The notes below the pieces were generated by a model, which was not told the DNA's origin, made no database searches, and saw nothing but the letters and a program-made list of their open reading frames with translations. A DNA stretch of 64,000 nucleotides from an uncultured Bacteroidales bacterium (lineage in GTDB: Bacteria; Bacteroidota; Bacteroidia; Bacteroidales; VadinHA17): contig CAVTPT010000002.1 in NCBI GenBank assembly GCA_963736675.1, forward strand, positions 352,361 to 416,360. The letters run 5' to 3'. Both the position numbers and the translations under genes were made by a program. Below, piece after piece: positions 8,991 to 16,869 of the stretch (the first letter of the stretch is position 1; each line of letters starts with the position of its first letter).

Positions 8991-10336
8991 ATGGAACTCA
9001 AAAAAGAATTAAAAATACTTTCTGGATAGCAGCAGTTTTTGCATTTGCATTTTTTCTTCCTATAGAAAGTGCCAGGTTTAATACTGCAATTGCAGCAACA
9101 CTTGATCTTGTAAAATGGTATGCACGTGAGCATTTTATATCTATGCCTTCTGCCTGCATTTTTTATTGCAGGAGTAATTTCTGTCTTCGTGAGTCAGGCA
9201 TCAGTATTAAAATATTTCGGTGCACAGGCAAAGAAATGGGTAGCATATACTGTTGCAGCTGTTTCAGGAACAATCCTGGCTGTCTGTTCATGTACTATAC
9301 TTCCTTTGTTTTCAAGTATTCACAAACGAGGTGCAGGACTTGGTCCGGCAATAGCATTTCTTTATTCAGGACCTGCAATCAATATTCTGGCAATTATTCT
9401 TACAGCTCGTATTTTAGGTCTTGAGATGGGAGTTGCAAGGACAGTAGGTGCTGTCTCATTCAGCGTATTAATCGGACTTGTAATGGCTTTCATCTACCGT
9501 AAGGAAGAAAAAGCCAAAAAAGAAGAACAGATGAATATTACTCCCCCTCCTGAGAAAAGACCGATGTGGCAGACATCATTACATTTTTTTACACTTGTTC
9601 TGATCCTTGTCTTTGCCAACTGGGGTAAACCTGCTGAAGGAGATACCACAAGTACATGGTACTATCTATCTGGCATTATAAATGGTATATAACAGGATTT
9701 TTCAGTCTTGTTCTGGGTTATTCATTAATTAAGATATTAAAGATCAAATGGCAATGGGTACTTGGTGCAGTTGTGGTCACAGTTGCTTCAGTAATTCTGG
9801 CCAATAATCTGATTGAAAATGATAAACTCAGACCTCTTGTTCCAATGCTTGTCGGAATCATTTCTCTGAGTGTCATTACTCTTTTGGACAAAAATGATGA
9901 AGAAAACAAAGCCTGGACAATCGCAACCTGGGACTTTGCAAAACTAATTATTCCATTGCTTGCAATTGGAGTTGTTATTGCAGGATTCCTGTTAGGCTCA
10001 ACCCATGACGGAAAGACGATTGCAGGTGTAATTCCAAATGAATGGATATCTGCTCTTGTCGGAGGAAATTCTGTCTTTTCAAATTTCTTTGCATCGATAG
10101 TTGGTGCTTTCATGTATTTCGCCACACTGACGGAGGTTCCTATTGTTCAGGGACTTCTGGCTGCAGGAATGGGGAAAGGGCCTGCTCTTGCACTTCTTCT
10201 TGCCGGACCATCACTGTCATTGCCAAGTATGCTTGTTATCCAGAAAGTAATGGGAACTCAAAAGACAGTTGTCTATGTAACTCTTGTTGTTGTTTTTTCT
10301 ACAATAGCAGGCTTGGTTTTTGGTTCAATTTTTTAA
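8991..10336 (+). pseudogene. ArsP-like / COG0701-type permease with about 3 frameshifts
   Basis: Starts with MELKKELKIL at 8991. The next frame gives IAAVFAFAFFLPIESARFNTAIAATLDLVKWYAREH. It then continues through listed ORF 9120-9692 (LLPAFFIAGVISVF...TILAVCSCTILPLF) and 9656-10336 (...MYFATLTEVPIVQGLL...). Frame changes lie near 9030, 9135 and 9665. Confidence 0.7.
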
Positions 10337-10354
10337 TCCTTTATATAATTCACT

Positions 10355-10681
10355 ATGGAAACAAAAAAGACACCAATGGAATTGCTGAAGGAGTTCGCAC
10401 CAGATTTTGCCCGGCACCAGATGAACGATAAAGCTCTTCTATTTGAAAGTGAGAAATACCAGGCTCTTCCGAAGAAATACAAATTGCTTGCAGGTATAGC
10501 AACTGCTGCTGCTCTCGGATCAGACACATGTGTCAGAATGTGGGTAAAGCAGGCTAAAGATGCCGGTATCAAAAATGGGGAAATAGTTGAAGCAATAATG
10601 GTTGCACGATACATGAAACAGGCAGTTGTAAATGATACCGTTGCAAATACTCTGGCTTTGCTCTCAGAAAAAAAATTATAG
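10355..10681 (+). CDS. Carboxymuconolactone decarboxylase (AhpD-like) family protein
   Basis: 108 aa, with KYKLLAGIATAAALGSDTCVRMWVKQAKDAGIKNGEIVEAI. Confidence 0.55.
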   Translation: METKKTPMELLKEFAPDFARHQMNDKALLFESEKYQALPKKYKLLAGIATAAALGSDTCVRMWVKQAKDAGIKNGEIVEAIMVARYMKQAVVNDTVANTLALLSEKKL

Positions 10682-10692
10682 TGCTTCTTTAA

Positions 10693-10935
10693 ATGCTGGA
10701 CATTAAAATCCTTGGAACCGGTTGTCCTAACTGCATCAGACTTGAAAATATGTGCGGGGAGGTGGTTGCTGAAAACAATCTGGATGCTGCTATCGAAAAG
10801 GTTTCAAATGTAGACGATTTCTGGAAATATGGAGTAATGCTGACACCAGCATTAATACTTAATGGAAAGCTTCTGATCCAGGGTAAGTTGCCAACAAAAC
10901 ATACCCTTGTTCACTGGTTGGTTGATAATCGATAG
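10693..10935 (+). CDS. Small thioredoxin-fold protein (redox-active disulfide protein 2 type), second copy
   Basis: 80 aa, starting MLDIKILGTGCPNCIRLE; a paralog of 7504-7743. Confidence 0.75.
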   Translation: MLDIKILGTGCPNCIRLENMCGEVVAENNLDAAIEKVSNVDDFWKYGVMLTPALILNGKLLIQGKLPTKHTLVHWLVDNR

Positions 10936-10965
10936 TATTATTCTATAAATCATAATCATAAGCAT

Positions 10966-11193
10966 ATGAAAATACCAAAAAAGCATGAAATGAAAGTTTC
11001 GCTCACAATCATGGTTCTTATAATGACCGTTGTAGTAACCTTCGTCAGTGTTTCTGTAAATTTTGGATATAATACGGGAATTACATTAACCTGGCTCAAA
11101 TCGTGGGGACTGGCTTTTATTGTTGCTTTACCGGTGGTAATGATCATAATGCCATATATTAAAAAGTTAGTAGGTAAGTTTGTAAAGGATTAA
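10966..11193 (+). CDS. DUF2798-like small two-TM membrane protein
   Basis: 75 aa with two hydrophobic helices (LTIMVLIMTVVVTFVSV and WGLAFIVALPVVMIIM). Confidence 0.45.
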   Translation: MKIPKKHEMKVSLTIMVLIMTVVVTFVSVSVNFGYNTGITLTWLKSWGLAFIVALPVVMIIMPYIKKLVGKFVKD

Positions 11194-11207
11194 ATAAAGT
11201 TCAGGAA

Positions 11208-11444
11208 ATGGAACAATTTAAACATCTTGATTCAAAAACAGTTGAGCTTGCAGGGATAGCAGCATCAATAGCCGGAGGATGCCGTCCTTGTCTCGATTAT
11301 CATTTTAAGAAGGGGATTGAAACAGGCTGCACTATTGATCAGGTAAAAGAAGCTATTGAGCTGGGTAAAATGATAAAGCAAAGACCGATAAAAGATATTT
11401 ACGGGCAGGCCGAAAAACTGATCGGAAATATAAACAAACCATAG
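11208..11444 (+). CDS. AhpD/CMD-like protein with a CxxC motif
   Basis: 78 aa, with LAGIAASIAGGCRPCLDYHFKKG. Confidence 0.55.
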   Translation: MEQFKHLDSKTVELAGIAASIAGGCRPCLDYHFKKGIETGCTIDQVKEAIELGKMIKQRPIKDIYGQAEKLIGNINKP

Positions 11445-11479
11445 TGTTATTTACTGTTAATAAAATAATTAGGGATAAT

Positions 11480-11881
11480 ATGAAAACAAAAAGAAAATTG
11501 TTTTTGCTCTTCGTAATACTGACTGCTATTGTTATAAACACAGACTGTTCAGGACAATCTTCAAAAGCAGAAGATAAGGCAGGTAAGGGAACCGGAAAGT
11601 ATAAAGTTACTTTTATTGAGCTTGGTTCAGTCCGCTGTATCCCATGCCAGCAAATGCAGCCTGTAATGAAATCAGTTGAAGAGAAATACGCTAAAGATGT
11701 AAAGGTTGTTTTCCATGATGTATGGACCGAAACAGGTGCACCTTATGCAAAACAATATGGTATTGAAGCGATTCCCACCCAGGTTTTTCTTGACAAGGAT
11801 GGAAAAGAGTTCTTCAGACATGTCGGCTACTTCCCGGAAGAGGAACTTGTAAAAGTACTTCAGCAGAAAGGAGTCAAATAA
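11480..11881 (+). CDS. Exported thioredoxin-family protein
   Basis: MKTKRKLFLLFVILTAIVINTDCSGQ looks like a signal or lipoprotein sequence. CIPCQQM is the CxxC. The listed ORF starts at an upstream GTG (11444); the ATG at 11480 is preferred. Confidence 0.7.
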   Translation: MKTKRKLFLLFVILTAIVINTDCSGQSSKAEDKAGKGTGKYKVTFIELGSVRCIPCQQMQPVMKSVEEKYAKDVKVVFHDVWTETGAPYAKQYGIEAIPTQVFLDKDGKEFFRHVGYFPEEELVKVLQQKGVK

Positions 11882-11883
11882 TT

Positions 11884-12297
11884 ATGACCACTTCTGACAC
11901 ACCGGGTTTCCATGACTTTAACATTGCAGGTGTTAAACACATAACCCCCGATAATGCTTATTCAGCATTGAAGTGCGGTGGCGCAATTATGATAGATGTC
12001 AGGGAAGAGTATGAATACATGGTTGAATTCATTTCCCTGAATGGTGTATATCACCTGCCTATGTCATCAATAATGGATAATCTTCATAGTATTCCTAAGG
12101 ATAAACCTGTAATAACCATGTGTAACGCAGGCGTTCGTAGCACAAAGGTGACCAATATGCTTAAACGCAACGGGTTTCCTGATTCAGTCAATCTCGATGG
12201 TGGACGTCATAAATGGAAAGAAAAAGGTCTGCCATATGAAAACATTCTTCCTGATGCATGCAACCATTGCCATGGATCATGCAACTGCGCACATTAG
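11884..12297 (+). CDS. Rhodanese-domain sulfurtransferase with a Cys/His-rich tail
   Basis: Active-site loop MCNAGVRS (CX4R) and C-terminal DACNHCHGSCNCAH. Confidence 0.7.
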   Translation: MTTSDTPGFHDFNIAGVKHITPDNAYSALKCGGAIMIDVREEYEYMVEFISLNGVYHLPMSSIMDNLHSIPKDKPVITMCNAGVRSTKVTNMLKRNGFPDSVNLDGGRHKWKEKGLPYENILPDACNHCHGSCNCAH

Positions 12298-12314
12298 AAA
12301 TATAAATAAGGCAG

Positions 12315-12545
12315 ATGATACTACTAAGTATATTTACAGGTTTATGCATTATAGTTTCACTGATTGTTAACCCTCAGAAGACCTGGGCAGACGTTAAAAA
12401 AGGAGCGCTTATGTTTCTCAGGCTTCTTCCCACACTTATATTAATGCTTGATCTGGTCAGCGAAACCCTGTATGTGATCCCCGAAGAAAAGCTTGTAAAG
12501 TATATGGGTGAAGGATCAGGTATCGCTGGCTGGGCTTCATATTAA
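12315..12545 (+). other. Possible N-terminal fragment of a small permease
   Basis: 76-aa ORF with two hydrophobic segments, ending abruptly where the opposite-strand rhodanese gene begins. No family motif was recognised with confidence. Confidence 0.25.
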
Positions 12546-12551
12546 AATATA

Positions 12552-12974
12552 TCAGGGTTTACTTTTTCTGGTTTCTCTTGCTTTTAGCTGGCACATACAC
12601 GATCCTGACAGTCTGTTGTTAATGTCAGTGGTCAATGGTAATCCATCTCTTTCCCAGTCAACAATTCCCCCGGCCATATTAAAGGCATTATCATAACCAT
12701 GTTCATTCATGAACAGAACACTTTCACGGCTCCTTAAGCCAACAGTATCTGCAAAAATCAGCGGCTTATCCACAGGAAGGTCAGAATATGAACCGGCAAG
12801 TTCGCTATAAGGCAGGTAAATCACATTTTCGACGCTGAACATTTTGAAATGGTTCAGATAAGATTCCCTGACATCAACAATTACGGCGCCTTCGCTGCAT
12901 AATTTAAAACTTTCCTTCGGGGTCAGATTTTGTACTCCGTGAGCTGAGAATCCCATGTTAAACCAAGTACTCAT
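12552..12974 (-). CDS. Rhodanese-homology-domain protein, probably catalytically inactive
   Basis: The loop FADTVGLRS aligns with MCNAGVRS of the neighbouring rhodanese, with Asp in place of the Cys. The C-terminus carries SGSCMCQ. Confidence 0.6.
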   Translation of the reverse strand: MSTWFNMGFSAHGVQNLTPKESFKLCSEGAVIVDVRESYLNHFKMFSVENVIYLPYSELAGSYSDLPVDKPLIFADTVGLRSRESVLFMNEHGYDNAFNMAGGIVDWERDGLPLTTDINNRLSGSCMCQLKARETRKSKP

Positions 12975-13012
12975 CTGCCTTGCTATTACTTGTCCTCCTC
13001 GTATTTAATTAT

Positions 13013-13318
13013 TTAAATTTGTGCGAATTCCTTAAAGCGTTTCCTTAGTAACTCCCAGTTTTCGTAGTTTATACAATACTGAAGTTTAGGAGGGTCGATG
13101 CTGCCCTGTATCAATCCGGCTTTTTTTAATTCGGCCAGATGCTGATAAACCGTAGAATTAGCAAGATGAAATTCATTTGATATTTCAGTGAAACGGCAGG
13201 TTTCAAGCGAGGCGAGATGTTTAATTATCCCTATTCTTACCGGATGCCCAAGTGCTTTGGCAAATCGAGCTAACTTAACATCTTCGGGCGGATAATTATT
13301 CTTATTCGATGCTTTCAT
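13013..13318 (-). CDS. arsR: ArsR/SmtB-family regulator (copy 2)
   Basis: ARFAKALGHPVRIGIIKHLASLETCRFTEISNEFHLANSTVYQHLAELKKAGLI. Confidence 0.8.
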   Translation of the reverse strand: MKASNKNNYPPEDVKLARFAKALGHPVRIGIIKHLASLETCRFTEISNEFHLANSTVYQHLAELKKAGLIQGSIDPPKLQYCINYENWELLRKRFKEFAQI

Positions 13319-13360
13319 GATTTCTAAATATGAATAAGAAAAAACATTTTCAGGTGTAGC

Positions 13361-13378
13361 TTTCGTAAATTTACGAAA
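13361..13378. promoter_or_regulatory. Third TTTCG-N8-CGAAA dyad, a perfect 18-bp palindrome upstream of arsR copy 2
   Basis: TTTCGTAAATTTACGAAA. The spacer TAAATTTA resembles a TAnnTTTG box on both strands. It lies 43 nt from the arsR-2 start. Confidence 0.4.
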
Positions 13379-13403
13379 TATTACTAATTATTAAATACAG
13401 GCC

Positions 13404-13593
13404 GGCCCTCAAATGCAGAAAATAAAGCAACCAAAGAAACATAAAAGTATAAAGTAACTTTTCCTGAGTCTTGTTCTGGTCGTGGTATCCCCCCTTGTCA
13501 GCAGATGAAACCGGACAGGTAAATTTCAGGCATGTCGGCTACTTCCCGGAAGAGGAACTTGTAAAAGTACTTCAGCAGAAAGGAGTAAAATAA
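13404..13593 (+). pseudogene. Remnant of a second exported-thioredoxin gene, degenerate and internally deleted
   Basis: aagtataaagtaacttttcctgag...ggtatccccccttgtcagcagatgaaaccg is homologous to aagtataaagttacttttattgag...tgtatcccatgccagcaaatgcagcct of gene 11480-11881. The last 63 bp (13531-13593) match 11819-11881 at 62/63 positions. The central ~170 bp are missing. Confidence 0.65.
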
Positions 13594-13610
13594 ATTTGTT
13601 AAATCTGTTT

Positions 13611-15210
13611 TCAGGTGATCCTGAAGCTTTCAGAGGTTTTATGAAAACTGATTGAAGGATATCTGTCCTGAATTATTTTAATCATCCATTCACTTTCGGC
13701 AAAAAAGACAGGAGCATTTTCTTTATCATATGCTATAAATCCTGCTTTCCGGCTAAGAAACTCGTTTAATTCCTCTGGGTCATCAGAAGTAAACCATAGT
13801 GCCTTCACAAAAGGAAGCGGACTGAAGATCGCATGTAGCACCATATTCATGTTCAAGTCTGAATTTTATCACATCGAACTGAAGCTCTCCCACTGTTCCG
13901 ATTATTTTTCTGTTTCCGGGTTGCTGAAGGAACAGTTGGGCAAGTCCTTCATCTGTAAGTTGCCTGACTCCCTTTTCAAGCTGTTTGCTTTTTGAAGGGT
14001 CGCGATTTATGACCTCTCTTAATAACTCCGGTGCGAAATTGGGAACTCCCTTAAAATGCAGAACTTCACCTTCGGTAAGGGTATCCCCTATTTTCAAAGA
14101 TCCTGTATCATACACTCCGATTACATCACCTGGGAATGCCTCATCAATAGTGTTTTTTGTATTAGCAATAAATGCTGCAGAGGAGGAAAAACGCATTTTC
14201 CTCTTTAACCGGGTATGGTAATATAGTCTGTTTCTTTCGAACACACCGGAACATACTCTCATAAATGCTATCCGGTTACGATGGTTGGGATCGAGATTTG
14301 CATGGATCTTAAAAATGTATCCCGTAAAATCAGATTCATCAGGTCTGACTTCACGTTCATATGATTCTGATCGGGTTGGTGACGGAGCTATTTCAATAAA
14401 AGTCTCAAGCAGCTCAAGAACACCGGTATTATTAAGAGCACTCCCGAAGAAAACCGGAGCAAGATATCCTTCAAGATAAAGGTTTTCCTGAAACGACTCG
14501 TACAGATCTGTTGCCAGGTCTATCTCTTCCCAGAGTCGGCTTAATATTTCCGGTCCGACATATTCTTTAAGCACAGGATCAGAAATATCGCCTGTTTCCA
14601 TGAGAAGTTCCGACATATTACTCTTTTCAGGAGTGTAAAGCTGTATGTTGTTTCTGAAAATATTGTACACTCCTTTGAAATTACTACCCCTGCCAACAGG
14701 CCAGGTAAAAGGTGTTACTGCTATCTTTAATTCATCTTCCAGTTCCTCCAGCAGTTCAAAAGGTTCTTTACCATCCCTGTCCATCTTGTTGACAAAGATC
14801 ATTACAGGGGTTGCTCTCATACGGCATACCTCCATTAATCTCCGGGTTTGTTCTTCCACCCCTTTTGCACTGTCAACCACAAGTATTACACTGTCGACAG
14901 CCGTCAGGGTACGGTATGTATCCTCGGCAAAGTCCTTATGCCCCGGAGTATCCAGTATGTTTATCTTAATTCCCTTGTAATCAAAACTCATCACTGAGGT
15001 GGCAACTGAAATACCTCTCTGTTTTTCTATCTCAAGGAAATCAGATGTAGCAGTTTTTCTGATCTTATTATTTTTTACGGCTCCTGCAACATGTATGGCA
15101 CCACCAAAGAGGAGCAGCTTTTCGGTAAGGGTTGTTTTACCTGCATCCGGATGCGAAATGATTGCAAATGTCCGTCTTCTTTTTATCTCATCAATTATAG
15201 CCACAAACAA
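13611..15210 (-). pseudogene. prfC: Peptide chain release factor 3 with one frameshift near the 3' end
   Basis: [29 protein letters not shown] is the G1 motif; DTPGHKDF and NKMD follow. Listed ORF 13783-15210 ends ...[12 protein letters not shown] and continues in another frame (13611-13856) as [21 protein letters not shown]...YPSISFHKTSE. Confidence 0.8.
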
Positions 15211-15466
15211 AATTTATGTGAATACCCAGGGGGTATTTCTGTTAATAATTTTAAAGGGATTTGGCAGTAAAGCACAATATAATATGACCGCTGCCTGAAG
15301 CCATCCGACAGGCGAATCAGGGTGGAGTATTAGCGCAATATTTTGAGAACCGTTTCTTCATTTGACGGCGCAAAACTAATAAAAAATAAAGCATTGACAA
15401 ATATGAGCATAAATGGAGTCATTATACAGAAGTACCTTTTTGCCGGTTTTTTCAGGGGAAAAAGCT

Positions 15467-15551
15467 AATGAAACCCACATGTATTGAAAACATAAACACT
15501 TATGTATATAATATTCTGAAATGCGGGTTACATCAGACAATTAAAATAAAA
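15467..15551 (+). repeat. ~85-nt hairpin element, copy 1
   Basis: aatgaaacccacatgt-[38 nt]-aaatgcgggttacatcagacaattaaaataaaa aligns along its whole length with the reverse complements of 52436-52521 and 62929-63013. Confidence 0.7.
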
Positions 15552-15622
15552 TATGAGTATCCGGAATGAAGAACAATTAAACTGGAATGACAATTCATTT
15601 TATATAAATTTGTAAACAAATT

Positions 15623-16516
15623 ATGAAAGAATCTGAACATAATCACCGCGAAGTAAGCAGTAAAAATCTGGGGTTAACCATCCTGCTTAACTTATGCATT
15701 ACTTTAGCTCAGGCAATAGGTGGTGTTATATCGGGCAGCATGGCTTTACTTAGTGATGCAGCCCATAATTTCAGTGATGTGTTGTCGCTGATAATAAGTT
15801 ATATAGCTAACAGATTAGCTAAAAGAGAAGCTACCGGGAAACAAACGTTCGGCTTCAGAAGGTCTGAAATTCTGGCTGCCTTCATAAATTCTGCGACGTT
15901 GATTATAATTTCAGTTATTATTCTATTTGAAGCGGTGCAACGATTATTTGATCCGGTACCGGTTTCTGCCACTCTTGTTATTTATCTGGCTATTGCCGGA
16001 ATACTTTTAAATGGGGTCAGTGTACTGTTCATAAGGAAAGACTCTAAGAAGAATCTGAACATGAAATCTGTCTACCTTCATTTGTTTGGCGATATGCTTA
16101 CCTCCGTTGCAGTATTATCGGGAGGAATTGCCATGAAATATCTGCATTGGTACTGGACTGATAGTGTTTTTTCGATGGCCATAGCTATATATCTGCTCTA
16201 TATGAGCTGGGGCGTAGTCAGATCATCCATTCGTATCATTATGCAATTTACACCGGAAGAAGTTGACGTTCATAACATTGTGAATGAAATTGAGAACATA
16301 CAGGGAGTGAAAAACATACATCATATTCATGTATGGCAGATCAATGAACACGATCTGATGTTTGAAGCACATATTGATATATCAGAAGATATGAAGGTAA
16401 GCGGTTTCGAGAAAATACTAGATCAGATAAAAGCTGTTTTAATTCATCACAATATAGATCATTCAACAATTCAACCCGAATTTACTGTTGATGACAGCAA
16501 ACAAATTATTTATTAA
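15623..16516 (+). CDS. Cation diffusion facilitator (CzcD/ZitB-like) divalent-metal exporter
   Basis: HNFSDVLSLIISYIA...FGFRRSEILAAFINS...HLFGDMLTSV, six TM segments, and a cytoplasmic C-terminal domain. Confidence 0.85.
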   Translation: MKESEHNHREVSSKNLGLTILLNLCITLAQAIGGVISGSMALLSDAAHNFSDVLSLIISYIANRLAKREATGKQTFGFRRSEILAAFINSATLIIISVIILFEAVQRLFDPVPVSATLVIYLAIAGILLNGVSVLFIRKDSKKNLNMKSVYLHLFGDMLTSVAVLSGGIAMKYLHWYWTDSVFSMAIAIYLLYMSWGVVRSSIRIIMQFTPEEVDVHNIVNEIENIQGVKNIHHIHVWQINEHDLMFEAHIDISEDMKVSGFEKILDQIKAVLIHHNIDHSTIQPEFTVDDSKQIIY

Positions 16517-16869
16517 TAAAAATTTGCCTTAAATTTTACAATCATCATTCATCCTGCCGGAATCAGCAACATAAACAAGAATTAACTGTAATTCGTTTTA
16601 GAGCCGGATTTCATCCGGTGAACCGGTATTTCATTCAACATTCTTCTGACCGGGAATATTTTTTTTAAATTATTTCTTTTATATTTACACGAGAAAGTAC
16701 GCGTGTAATTAAAATATAAAAAATGGAGGCAACCGGTCTGTTTTTCATTAATAACACTGTATGTCAGATCACCTTAGACCAGTCCTGATACAACTAAATC
16801 AGCTATAAGGCCCGGAAACTAATTCCTTTTCAATTTACATAGTAAGTATCCCCGTTTAAACTATAGATT

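Noticed and set aside
3710-13600. The ars/redox locus could be a mobile genomic island.
   Set aside because: No integrase, transposase, tRNA attachment site or terminal direct repeats bounding the whole locus were recognised. Only internal repeats are present.
13783-13860. The prfC frameshift could be programmed.
   Set aside because: Programmed +1 frameshifting is known for prfB, not prfC. No slippery or stop-codon context was seen, and the break is one of many indels in this 15-kb zone.
15553-15615. A 20-codon ORF (MSIRNEEQLNWNDNSFYINL) between hairpin copy 1 and the CDF exporter, as a possible leader peptide.
   Set aside because: It is too short to support from sequence alone, and copies 2 and 3 have no counterpart. 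It is mentioned only in the context of the hairpin element.
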